This document shows positions 29,692 through 38,944 of a stretch of 64,000 nt of DNA, one piece after another. The notes under the pieces are model-generated. The model was given only the letters and a program-made list of their open reading frames with translations, was not told the DNA's origin and searched no databases. Both the position numbers and the translations under genes were made by a program. This DNA comes from Anaerolineae bacterium. Its GTDB lineage: Bacteria; Chloroflexota; Anaerolineae; B4-G1; SLSP01. Every line of letters begins with the position of its first letter. Position 1 is the stretch's first letter. The DNA lies in contig JAFGFB010000199.1 of NCBI GenBank assembly GCA_016931315.1, positions 882 through 64,881 of the forward strand, written 5' to 3'.

Positions 29692-30354
29692 TTACGCCTC
29701 GCCCACCTCCGCGCGCGGACGGTAGAGTCCGGCAGGGTTAGCCACGAGCATTCCTGCCTTGTAGGTCAGAGAATCCACCGATTGTAGCTGCATTGCCATT
29801 GCCGGGGTGATGAGGGGAATGGGCTTCAGGCTATAGAGGCGCTGTTCGATGATGGCAATGCCGGTTTCATCCCACATCCAATGGTGGCGATCGAAACGTG
29901 CCAAATCGAAGGTGCGGGTATAGGCGCGCAGGGTCTTTTTGCCGTTGACATTGTAGTAGGCTTCGAAATACGAGAGGACCAGTTCGCGTACGGTGCGGTA
30001 AATCGGCTCTCGGTAACGAAGTCCGACGAAGTTGGATTTCGCTACAGCGCCAAAACAGCCATGCTCCTTGAAGATTGCCAGGACATGATCGTCGTCCGTC
30101 TCTGGTTCGGGCAGCAGATCTACGAGCAGGGGGGGGTATCCCAGACGGCGCAACGCGGCAGCGGCAAAAAGCCCACCATCGAGGCAGTGCGCCACACGGT
30201 CGCGCATCACATTTAACGGGGAACGTGTGCGTTCCTCGGCGCTATAAGGCGTCTCATCAAGGTATGCTTGAATTACCGCTGGACTATTGAGATTGCGGAA
30301 GTTCTGCAACTCCTCAGGTGAGAGCAAACTCTCGAACTGATCTAGTTGATCCAT
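29692..30354 (-). CDS. Hypothetical protein with papain/transglutaminase/NAT-like Cys-His-Asp fold features
   Basis: Candidate catalytic Cys in RVAHCLDGGLFAAAALRRLGY, followed by DDDHVLAIF (His) and downstream Asp. No confident family match by eye. Confidence 0.35.
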   Translation of the reverse strand: MDQLDQFESLLSPEELQNFRNLNSPAVIQAYLDETPYSAEERTRSPLNVMRDRVAHCLDGGLFAAAALRRLGYPPLLVDLLPEPETDDDHVLAIFKEHGCFGAVAKSNFVGLRYREPIYRTVRELVLSYFEAYYNVNGKKTLRAYTRTFDLARFDRHHWMWDETGIAIIEQRLYSLKPIPLITPAMAMQLQSVDSLTYKAGMLVANPAGLYRPRAEVGEA

Positions 30355-30499
30355 GGGTTAGCGCTGTCTCTTTCTCGCGACTTTCTGGATACCCCTAATT
30401 GTATCATGGGCTACGCGCTCATGCAATGTGCTTTCAGGCTTGGGTGCGTTTCAAAATGGGGGTGAAAATCTCAGGCGTCTCTACAGGACGCAGAAGAAA

Positions 30500-30544
30500 A
30501 TTGATTTTTGGCGGTGGGGCTTTGCCCCACCGCCAAAAATCAAT
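30500..30544 (-). terminator. 21-bp-stem hairpin acting as minus-strand intrinsic terminator after the ADP-ribosylglycohydrolase gene
   Basis: ATTGATTTTTGGCGGTGGGGC / TTT / GCCCCACCGCCAAAAATCAAT is a perfect 21-bp stem. On the minus strand TTTTCTTCT follows it (plus-strand AGAAGAAAA at 30491-30499). Confidence 0.5.
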
Positions 30545-30604
30545 CAAAGGAAAGGCGTTTACATGATAGTCGTCTTGCTTTTGCCCCAAAGTTGAAACGC
30601 ACCC

Positions 30605-31516
30605 TCAGGCTTTGGCGGCGCCCTGAACGGCAAGCTGCTCTGCCAGCTCGCCGATTTCCCCGCGCATGGTCAGCCTATCCAACCAGGATACAGGAATCCC
30701 GGATTCGCCATAGAATGCGCCTGCCAGCTGCCCGCAGATGGCGGCGGTGGTATCCGCATCATCGCCGAGGTTGGCGGCACAGAGCACGGCATTCTGGAAG
30801 GTCTCAGTGTTCATAAAACACCACAACGCCGCTTCCAGGCTCGCGACCACGTAACCAGAGCCTTTGATTTCGGCTTCGGTTTTGTTACGATATTCACCTT
30901 TGGCGATGGCGAGGATCTTGGGACTGCCGGCGAAATTATCGCCATCTCCAAAGGCTACAGTCTCTTTGGATTGCCCCGCCAGGGCGCGGACCAACATGCG
31001 CGCCAGCAAACGGCTTGCATCCACACATTCCTCGGCGCCATGTGTGGTTCTGGAACTCTCGGCGGCGAAGGTTTCGGCAGCACCAATATCCGGAAAATAG
31101 AATAGGGGAATGGGCGCCAGGCGCATAATGCAGCCATTCCCGGCTGAATGGGGATCGCGTGATCCAGAAAAAGGCTCGCCGGTCTGGCGAAAGCGATGCA
31201 GCGCGGCGCTCACCGTGCCGCCGATATCGAAGCACGTCCCGGTGCTGCTTAGATAGCCCGCTTCTGCCCAGCGGCAGTAGCGTTCCATTTGGTCGCGCGG
31301 GTCGAAGCCTTTGCATTCCACGAGGCTGGTCGCCAGGCACAATGCCATCGAGGTGTCATCCGTCCACTGCCCAGGCCGAAGACGGAAGGGACCACCGCCG
31401 ACCATATCCGTTAGCGGAGTAAAGCTCCCGCGTGGGCGGAATTCCACGGTTGTGCCGATGGCATCACCCGTAGCAAGTCCAAGCAAACATCCACGAAAGC
31501 GGTTTGATGATAGCAT
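30605..31516 (-). CDS. ADP-ribosylglycohydrolase family protein (DraG/ARH-like)
   Basis: N-terminal FRGCLLGLATGDAIGTTVEF and the C-terminal Asp-rich metal-binding region (CAANLGDDADTTAAICGQLAGAFYG) are hallmark ARH motifs. Confidence 0.85.
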   Translation of the reverse strand: MLSSNRFRGCLLGLATGDAIGTTVEFRPRGSFTPLTDMVGGGPFRLRPGQWTDDTSMALCLATSLVECKGFDPRDQMERYCRWAEAGYLSSTGTCFDIGGTVSAALHRFRQTGEPFSGSRDPHSAGNGCIMRLAPIPLFYFPDIGAAETFAAESSRTTHGAEECVDASRLLARMLVRALAGQSKETVAFGDGDNFAGSPKILAIAKGEYRNKTEAEIKGSGYVVASLEAALWCFMNTETFQNAVLCAANLGDDADTTAAICGQLAGAFYGESGIPVSWLDRLTMRGEIGELAEQLAVQGAAKA

Positions 31517-31532
31517 GTGAGGTTACTCCGTA

Positions 31533-32459
31533 TCAGACTGGTGTTACCGGGTGGGCAAACCAGAGTGTGGTGGATTCCACGTGGAATCCGACAGATTCGG
31601 CAGTGCGTTGCATCGCAATATTTTCGCCGCTAGTGCCGAGCACGGCGAAATCCATGCCTTGTTGCTTCAGCGCTTGCAAGCCAGCGAGTATTAACGCTCG
31701 CGCCAGCCCGCGGCGCTGGAAATCGGGATGTGTTCCCACCGGGTCCGTGTAACCTTCATTGCGTCCCGTGGCTGCGTTTTCCTCCTCACTGATACCGCAC
31801 ATGCAATAAGCGACGAGCTGCCCATCCGGCGCCACCGCCAGTAAATCGAGTTCCGGTTTGTATTCTGGCACACGCATCATCGCCAGGCGCTCTTCAATAG
31901 TCATGTGCTCGGTCCCCACGGCTGCGCGGTGGAGTGCAACCAGGGCTTCGACTTCTTCTCCCACAACATGCCGGATGGTAAAGCCCTCTGGCAACCGCGG
32001 GGTAGGGATGGGCTGGTCGAGAGGGCGCACCATATATACGGAATAGCCCTCTTGTTGCTCAAATCCATGCCGGGTGAGAAAGGCGATTTTCTCGGTATCA
32101 CCAGCGCGGCAGCTGGCGTCCAGAGTCAGTGTCTCACCTTGCTCTTGCATCGCACGTTGGATGCACGCGATCCCTAGTGCGATGATTTCTATCTCGATCT
32201 CAGGTGTAAACGCTTGCGGTTTGAACTCGAAGAGCAGGTTGTTGTAATGATCTACCAGGGCATATCCAACCATGTGGTCTTCAGCATCAAACCAGAGGCG
32301 CGTGTTATTCTGCACCTGTTGTAGAGCAAACATCTCATGCAGGTCAACCGGGCTGGGATAACTCGCCACGCGATCAGCTGGGCGTACCGCGAGTAACAAC
32401 TCCAATATGGCTTGCAGATCTTCATTCGAGGAATAGGAACGGCTTGTTAAGCTTTGCAT
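31533..32459 (-). CDS. GNAT-family N-acetyltransferase with two acetyltransferase domains (mycothiol-synthase-like architecture)
   Basis: Two GNAT cores in one 308-aa protein, e.g. VGYALVDHYNNLLFEF... and RRGLARALILAGLQALKQQG (Q/RxxGxG/A acetyl-CoA motif). Confidence 0.75.
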   Translation of the reverse strand: MQSLTSRSYSSNEDLQAILELLLAVRPADRVASYPSPVDLHEMFALQQVQNNTRLWFDAEDHMVGYALVDHYNNLLFEFKPQAFTPEIEIEIIALGIACIQRAMQEQGETLTLDASCRAGDTEKIAFLTRHGFEQQEGYSVYMVRPLDQPIPTPRLPEGFTIRHVVGEEVEALVALHRAAVGTEHMTIEERLAMMRVPEYKPELDLLAVAPDGQLVAYCMCGISEEENAATGRNEGYTDPVGTHPDFQRRGLARALILAGLQALKQQGMDFAVLGTSGENIAMQRTAESVGFHVESTTLWFAHPVTPV

Positions 32460-32482
32460 GAATTTCTCCTCATGTTTTGTCG

Positions 32483-32767
32483 CTAATACTCTCTGGTGTT
32501 TTGAGGGTTTGGAGCCATCTCAGATCTGGCTTCCCATTCTCTTTGCAGCAGCGCCATGATCATATTGTCCCAATATTTATTTCTAAACCAGCGGTGCTCT
32601 TGCAGTATATCCTCAATTCTAAAGTGTAGATGCTTAAGTAGATTGATGGAGCGGGCATTATCAGCAAGCATAAAGGCTTGAATGCGGTTCAGTCCCAATT
32701 TTGTGAAGCCATATTCGATCACTGCCTCCAGGGCTTCTTTCATCACCCCTTGTCCCCATAGAATCAT
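32483..32767 (-). CDS. GNAT-family acetyltransferase fragment (C-terminal half only; RimJ/RimL-like); probable gene remnant
   Basis: ILWGQGVMKEALEAVIEYGFTKLGLNRIQAFMLADNARSINLLKHLHFRIEDILQEHRWFRNKYWDNMIMALLQREW matches the C-terminal half of RimJ/L-type GNATs, including the acetyl-CoA loop. An in-frame stop lies 6 codons upstream of the Met. No N-terminal half was found in any frame upstream. Confidence 0.5.
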   Translation of the reverse strand: MILWGQGVMKEALEAVIEYGFTKLGLNRIQAFMLADNARSINLLKHLHFRIEDILQEHRWFRNKYWDNMIMALLQREWEARSEMAPNPQNTREY

Positions 32768-33090
32768 GCTTATTCCGGCGCAACCTCAGCATCAGCTGCA
32801 TGGATCAGGCTCTGGTAACTTGTGTTTTAGGCTGGCGACCACTGAGGGGGCGAGTGCCGATGGCTGCCGTGGGCTATGTGGTCTTTATCTTCAGTGGTGA
32901 TTATATGCCGCCGCAGGAGAGTGTCAATCAGCGAGTCGATTATCATGCAAATGCCTTTCTCCTGCGCTCCATAGGGGCGCTTGCGATTGTCGCCCCCATT
33001 TGGGAACGCATCCACCTCGATTGCGCGATTGGCAAAGGCGGTGCATAATGGCAACAGCGTCATAGTAAAGCATTCACCAGGAGATGATGG

Positions 33091-35493
33091 ATGAAAGATA
33101 TCAAGGCACTCATACAACAAATGTCCCTTGAAGAAAAAGCCTCCCTCTGTTCCGGATTGAATTTCTGGTATCTGAAGGGTATCGAACGGTTGGGCATCCC
33201 CTCCTTAATGGTCACGGATGGTCCTCATGGGCTGCGCAAGCAGGCAGGCGCCGCCGACCACGTGGGGCTGAATGAGAGTGTGCCAGCGACTTGTTTCCCG
33301 ACCGCTTCGGCGCTGGCGGCGACCTGGAATCGCGACCTGGTCTACCAGGTGGGGGTCGCGTTGGGTGAGGAATGCCGCCAGGAGCGGGTCGCTGTGATTT
33401 TGGGTCCTGGCGCGAATATCAAACGCTCGCCGCTGTGTGGTCGCAACTTTGAGTATTTCTCAGAAGACCCCTATCTGACCGGTGAAATTGCCAAAAGCCA
33501 TATTCAAGGCGTCCAAAGCCAGGGCATCGGTACATCTCTCAAGCACTATGCCGCCAACAACCAGGAAACGCGTCGCATGACGACGGATTCCATTGTGGAT
33601 GAGCGTACCCTGCGCGAAATTTACCTGGCGGGCTTTGAGATTGCCGTCAGAGAAGCTCAGCCGTGGACGGTGATGTGTTCCTACAACCGCATCAATGGCA
33701 CGTATGCCAGCGACAACCGGATTCTGATGCGTGACATTCTAAAGGAGGAGTGGGGACATCAGGGACTGGCGGTGACCGACTGGGGCGCTATGAACGAGCG
33801 TGTGGAGGCGTTGAAAGCGGGTGTTGAACTGGAGATGCCCGGCGCGCCAAACGGCAATGATGCCAAAATCATCGCTGCGGTGCGTGCCGGTGAACTCGAC
33901 GCAGCGGTGCTGGATCGCGCCGTCGAGCGCATTCTGACCCTGATTCAGAAGGCTGAAGCTACCCTGGCGCAGGATTTTGCATATGACCCGCAGGCGCATC
34001 ATGCTTTGGCGCGGCGCGTGGCGGGTGAAGGCGCCGTGTTGCTCAAGAACGAGGGCGGGCTTCTGCCGCTGCCGGCGGGCGCGAAGATTGCGTTGATTGG
34101 GGGTTTCGCCAAAATACCACGCTACCAGGGCGCGGGAAGTTCGTTGATGAACCCCACCCGTCTCGATAACCTCCATGAGGAACTGGCGCAACTGATTGGC
34201 GCGGCGAACCTGACCTATGCTCCCGGATACACCGAAAAGGGTGAGATTGCCGATGAGGCTCTGATTCAGGAGGCGCTTGACGTCGCCGGCAAAGCTGATG
34301 TGGTGGTGATTTGCGCTGGTCTGACCGATATATATGAGGTTGAGGGGCTTGACCGCCAGCATCTCCGGCTTCCCGACGGGCACGAGGCGCTGATTCAGCG
34401 GCTGGCGGCAGCACATCAAAAGGTGGTGGTGGTGCTGAGCAATGGTTCGCCGGTTGAGATGCCCTGGGCTGGCGATGTACTCGTCATCCTTGAGGGCTAT
34501 CTTGGTGGGCAGGCTGGCGCTGGCGCTATCGCTGATATTCTTACTGGAAAGGTCAACCCCAGTGGCAAACTGGCGGAAACCTTCCCCCTCAGGCTCGTAG
34601 ATACGCCGGCTCAGCCTTACCCGGGTGGCCCCGCCACCGTGGAATACCGTGAGAGCCTCTACGTGGGCTATCGCTGGTATGATACTGCCAAAGTCGAGGT
34701 GTTGTTTCCCTTTGGCTATGGCTTGAGCTATACCACCTTTGCCTATCGCGATTTGGTAGTGAGGCAGGATGACGCTGGCGTGACCGTTACTTTTAAGATC
34801 AAGAACACAGGCGCAGTTGCCGGGAAAGAGATTGCGCAACTCTACGTGCGCGACGTGCAGTCCACCGTCTTCCGCCCGGATAAGGAGCTGCAGAGTTTCG
34901 CCAAGGTCGAACTGCAACCCGGCGAGGAAACTGAAGTAACTTTTGCTCTCGAGCGCCGCGCCTTTGCTTATTATGATGTGAGCTCCCGAGACTGGGTGAT
35001 TGAAGCTGGCGATTTCGAGATTCTGGTGGGGGCTTCCTCGCGCGATATCCGATTGAGCGCCCTCTTGCATATCGCGACAGGCAGTGGAACGCTCTCTCCG
35101 GTGGATAAAACTAGACTGGCTCCCTATTACAACCCATCGCAGAATCGCCGCTTTGGCAAGGCGGAATTTGAGGCTCTGCTGGGACATCCTGTGCCTGCGA
35201 ATGTGATGCCGCAAAAGGGTACTTATGACCTCAACACGCCTTTGTGTGAGATGCGTGGTTCATTGATTGGACGGCAGCTTTTCAATTTGCTGAGCAAACA
35301 GATGCGCAAGATGGTCGAGGGCAAAGAAGATACTCCCACGGGTATGTTGATGCTCGCCATGGTGAATGAGATGCCATTGCGCACTATTCTGATGATGGGG
35401 GGATCCCTTAACCGGAGCAAACTGGAAGCGTTGTTGCTGATCATCAATGGGCATATCCTTAAGGGCGTAGCGGCATTGATCAGGAACAGGTGA
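33091..35493 (+). CDS. Glycoside hydrolase family 3 beta-glucosidase (BglX-like, with C-terminal domains)
   Basis: GH3 N-domain motifs (GPHGLRKQ, KHYAANNQETRRMTTDSIVDERTLREIYLAGFEIAV, nucleophile region VTDWGAM) plus an alpha/beta sandwich and fibronectin-like C-terminal domain. Confidence 0.9.
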   Translation: MKDIKALIQQMSLEEKASLCSGLNFWYLKGIERLGIPSLMVTDGPHGLRKQAGAADHVGLNESVPATCFPTASALAATWNRDLVYQVGVALGEECRQERVAVILGPGANIKRSPLCGRNFEYFSEDPYLTGEIAKSHIQGVQSQGIGTSLKHYAANNQETRRMTTDSIVDERTLREIYLAGFEIAVREAQPWTVMCSYNRINGTYASDNRILMRDILKEEWGHQGLAVTDWGAMNERVEALKAGVELEMPGAPNGNDAKIIAAVRAGELDAAVLDRAVERILTLIQKAEATLAQDFAYDPQAHHALARRVAGEGAVLLKNEGGLLPLPAGAKIALIGGFAKIPRYQGAGSSLMNPTRLDNLHEELAQLIGAANLTYAPGYTEKGEIADEALIQEALDVAGKADVVVICAGLTDIYEVEGLDRQHLRLPDGHEALIQRLAAAHQKVVVVLSNGSPVEMPWAGDVLVILEGYLGGQAGAGAIADILTGKVNPSGKLAETFPLRLVDTPAQPYPGGPATVEYRESLYVGYRWYDTAKVEVLFPFGYGLSYTTFAYRDLVVRQDDAGVTVTFKIKNTGAVAGKEIAQLYVRDVQSTVFRPDKELQSFAKVELQPGEETEVTFALERRAFAYYDVSSRDWVIEAGDFEILVGASSRDIRLSALLHIATGSGTLSPVDKTRLAPYYNPSQNRRFGKAEFEALLGHPVPANVMPQKGTYDLNTPLCEMRGSLIGRQLFNLLSKQMRKMVEGKEDTPTGMLMLAMVNEMPLRTILMMGGSLNRSKLEALLLIINGHILKGVAALIRNR

Positions 35494-35537
35494 ATTTAGA
35501 ATTTCAAACACTAATCATAAAGGACAGAGGTGTTCCT

Positions 35538-37361
35538 ATGACACAATTACCGCCTGAGGCTCCTATCCTTACGCAGGATGGCATGTCTTTTCGTGACTTG
35601 AACAAAAATGGCCGTCTGGATGTTTATGAGGACCCGCGCCGTCCGGTTGAGGAGCGCGTGGAAGATCTTCTGCAGCAGATGACGCTGGAGGAGAAAGTCG
35701 GTTTGATGTTCCACAATGTCATCCCGGTAGGGATGGACGGCGAGCTGTTTCATGGGGTGCACTGGATGTGGGAATACTCCACCACCCATAACGTGCTCGA
35801 TTTGAAAATGAATCATTACAATGTGCATGCTCTGCCTGAACCACGGTTGGCCGTCGCCTGGTACAACAAGTTGCAAAAGCTTGCGGAACGCACGCGCCTG
35901 GGCATTCCCGTCACCATTTCCTCAGACCCGCGCCACGGTTACAATCAGATAGCAGGAGCATCGGAGGTGACGGATGCCTTCTCGCGTTGGCCCGAACCTA
36001 TCGGTCTGGCGGCGACCAACGACCCAGGGCTAGTGTGGGAATTCGGCGATATTGCCCGGCAGGAGTATCGCGCGGTGGGCATTTCGGTCGCGTTGCATCC
36101 GATGGCGGATCTGGCGACCGAGCCACGCTGGGCGCGCATCGAGGGCACGTTTGGTGAGGATGCGGAGCTTTCCTCGCGGATGGTTGACGCCTATATTCGC
36201 GGCTTTCAGGGCGCGGAGATTGGTCCCGCATCCGTCATTTGTATGACCAAGCACTTCCCCGGTGGTGGTCCACAGAAGGAGGGGCACGACCCGCATTTCT
36301 CCTATGGCAAAGAGCAGGTCTATCCTGGCGAGAATTTTGACTATCATCTGATTCCCTTTGAGGCGGCTTTCCGCGCAGGCACTGGTCAGATTATGCCCTA
36401 TTACGGTCAGCCAATCGGCGTACCGGGAATTGATGAGGTGGGTTTCAGCTATAACAAGCCAGTGATTACGGGCTTACTCCGTGGCAAATATGGTTTCGAG
36501 GGCGTGGTTTGCACTGATTGGAGCCTCATTACCGCGAGAGTGCATGGCGATAAGGTGTATATGGAGGCACGCGCCTGGGGAGTGGAGCACCTCTCGGACC
36601 TTGAGCGGGCAAAGCGACTTCTGGATGCTGGGGTGGACCAATTCGGCGGTGAACAGCGTCCCGAGTTGATCATCGAACTGGTTCGGAGCGGGCAAATCAG
36701 TGAGGCGCGCATTGATGTCTCGGTGCGGCGGCTGTTACGAGATAAATTCCGCCTGGACTTGTTCGACCATCCCTATCTTGATCCTGAGGAGTCCGCAGAG
36801 ATTGTGGGTAAGCCGACCTTCCGGGAAGCGGGTGCGCGTGCGCAGCGCAAGTCGCTGGTGTTGCTCAAACGCGGGGCGCTGCCTCTGGTCGGGCGCCCCA
36901 AGGTTTACATCGAGGGTTATCGCCCCGAGTCCCTGGGGCCTTACGCCGACGTGGTCGCTTCTCCTGCGGAAGCAGATTTCGCGTTGCTGCGCCTGATCAC
37001 GCCCTATAAGACGATTGGCGAAGGTTTCTCCGCCATATTCCACTACGATGACTTAGACTTCAAAAGCCCCGAAAAAGAGCGCTTGCTGCAGCTAATGGCG
37101 CAGGTTCCGACCATCATCTCCATTCACCTTGACCGCCCGGCTGTGATTCCTGAGATAGCCGAAGCTTGCGCAGGATTGATCGGCAGCTTTGGGGCAGAAG
37201 ATGCGGCGGTGCTGGATGTGATTTTCGGGCGCTGGAACCCAACCGGTAAGTTGCCTTTCGAGTTGCCTCGCTCCATGGAGGCGGTGAAGGCTCAGAAATC
37301 GGATGTTCCTTATGATAGCGGTGACCCGTTGTTCCCTTTCGGTTTTGGGCTGAGCTATTAA
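35538..37361 (+). CDS. Glycoside hydrolase family 3 protein (second, divergent paralogue)
   Basis: GH3-type domains: KHFPGGGPQKEGHDPHF, VCTDWSLI, and C-terminal FGFGLSY. The start is chosen at MTQLPPEAP (35538) after AAGGACAGAGG; the ORF formally opens at 35490. Confidence 0.85.
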   Translation: MTQLPPEAPILTQDGMSFRDLNKNGRLDVYEDPRRPVEERVEDLLQQMTLEEKVGLMFHNVIPVGMDGELFHGVHWMWEYSTTHNVLDLKMNHYNVHALPEPRLAVAWYNKLQKLAERTRLGIPVTISSDPRHGYNQIAGASEVTDAFSRWPEPIGLAATNDPGLVWEFGDIARQEYRAVGISVALHPMADLATEPRWARIEGTFGEDAELSSRMVDAYIRGFQGAEIGPASVICMTKHFPGGGPQKEGHDPHFSYGKEQVYPGENFDYHLIPFEAAFRAGTGQIMPYYGQPIGVPGIDEVGFSYNKPVITGLLRGKYGFEGVVCTDWSLITARVHGDKVYMEARAWGVEHLSDLERAKRLLDAGVDQFGGEQRPELIIELVRSGQISEARIDVSVRRLLRDKFRLDLFDHPYLDPEESAEIVGKPTFREAGARAQRKSLVLLKRGALPLVGRPKVYIEGYRPESLGPYADVVASPAEADFALLRLITPYKTIGEGFSAIFHYDDLDFKSPEKERLLQLMAQVPTIISIHLDRPAVIPEIAEACAGLIGSFGAEDAAVLDVIFGRWNPTGKLPFELPRSMEAVKAQKSDVPYDSGDPLFPFGFGLSY

Positions 37362-37475
37362 CGGCTAACGCGCATTTGGGAGACACCGCAGGGGCGATAG
37401 CGAAGGACGTTTCCTCAATCCACCTGGGGCGCGGCACAAAAGCCGTGCCCCATTTGTGCCCTGGAGTTTCAGGTT

Positions 37476-38944
37476 TCACACGCGGGTGACTCGGAACCTG
37501 CCTGTCTTGTCTGTGTGGTGGATGGTCGTCTCAGTAGTCACGAGATTTACCTGCAGCTCGCAGGTGGCGCTTGCGTTATGCCAGGCGAGACGCAGTTCGC
37601 CTTCTGAGCCCGGTAGCACGCTGAATCTGCCCCCAAAAGCCGGGTGGGTGTTGCGGAAGCGCAATAGCGCCATCAACCTCTGGACTACGGGGCGTTGCAC
37701 GGCGCGTTCGATTTCCTCACGGCTGTAATTGTGCCGGTTGATGGCGCGGCGCTCGGCAGTAGCCGTCACTGCCGCAGAGTCGTTTTCTCCTGCTAACAGA
37801 CCCACATAGTAGATTTGTGGAATGCCCGGCGCAAAGCACTGGATGGCGCGCGCTGCCAGGTAAGCATCGTCATCGGCATCCAGCGCGGAGTAGTAAGTGA
37901 TATTTACCTGGTGAGCATCGAAACCGGGATGCGTTATATCCGCTTCCATCAGGTGGCTGAGGTTGGCGCCGCGCTTTAGCAGCCGTTCCACAGTTACCTG
38001 CGCCTCACTTGCTTCGAGAATCCCATCAAGGTCAGGCTGAACGGGAATGCCATCGTGGCAATCCAGCATCGTGAACTGTTGCTGTGGGCACATGCGGAGG
38101 TGTTGTTGCAGAATGTGGCTGGAGCGGTTGAACAGGGTGTGCAATACCAGGAATGGCAGCACAAAGTTGTAGACCCAGTATTGGTGGGCGGCTAACCGTG
38201 CTTGAATCTGTGCTTGTGCGTGAACCTCCGGCAACAGCGTGAGACCGATTCCTTCCGCATAGCTGCGGAGCCACGCGAGGAAGCCGTAAATCTCGGGTTC
38301 TACGAAGAAGCAGTTTGTGCCGGGCTTTTTGATCACGAAACCGGCTGCATCGAGTCGTACAATGCTGATGCTCTGCGCTCGTAAATGGCGCAGCAAATCC
38401 ATGAGCAGTTGGCGGGTGCGCGGGGCATTGACATCCAGATCAATCTGCTCGGAGTTGTCGCGTGGTCCGAAGGTTGTCCACAACCGTTCGGTTGCACCAG
38501 TTTCCTCGATCACGAATTCTGAAAAGGGGTCCTGTGGGCGACGCAGAAAAATGCGGGCAACATCTGCCGGGTCAGGGTTGCCGTCGCGCCAGATTTTATC
38601 TAACGTGATGAAGAGTTCCGCAGTTTCGGAGCGCCGTCCCCGACGCAGAAAGTCCTGGAAATAGGGTGAGTGTTTGGAGATGTGATTGACCATAAGATCC
38701 GCCGTGAGCTGGTAGCGTTCGCCGAGACGGCGGATATCGTCCCAATCACCGAATTGTGGTGCTACTTCTTTGTACGTGATGGGGGCAAAACCTCGATCCC
38801 CCGAAGAGGGATAGAAGGGCAGAATGTGGATGCCGCCAAAAAGCCCGCTCAGGGGACCTTCCAGGACATCCGCAAGCGCACGTAAATCGCCCCCGAGGGA
38901 ATCCGGGTAAGTGATGAGCTGCGCCTGATTGCATAGGCTCATGT
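37476..38944 (-). CDS. GH13_18 sucrose-phosphorylase-like glycoside phosphorylase
   Basis: [81 protein letters not shown] is colinear with sucrose/glucosylglycerate phosphorylases. The start at MSLCNQ directly abuts the upstream GH5 gene stop. Confidence 0.8.

Noticed and set aside
32827-33120. 97-aa minus-strand ORF that might have been the missing N-terminal half of the truncated GNAT
   Set aside because: It is in a different frame from the GNAT fragment. Its sequence (…IEVDAFPNGGDNRKRPYGAQ…) does not match GNAT N-terminal motifs. It starts with TTG and overlaps the start/RBS of the GH3 gene on the opposite strand. The other two frames also lack GNAT-like sequence.
37362-37475. Weak hairpin (GGCAC-AAAAGCC-GTGCC followed by CCATTTGTG) between convergent GH3 and GH13 genes
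   Set aside because: Only a 5-bp stem and a poor U-tract; too weak to call a terminator with any confidence.
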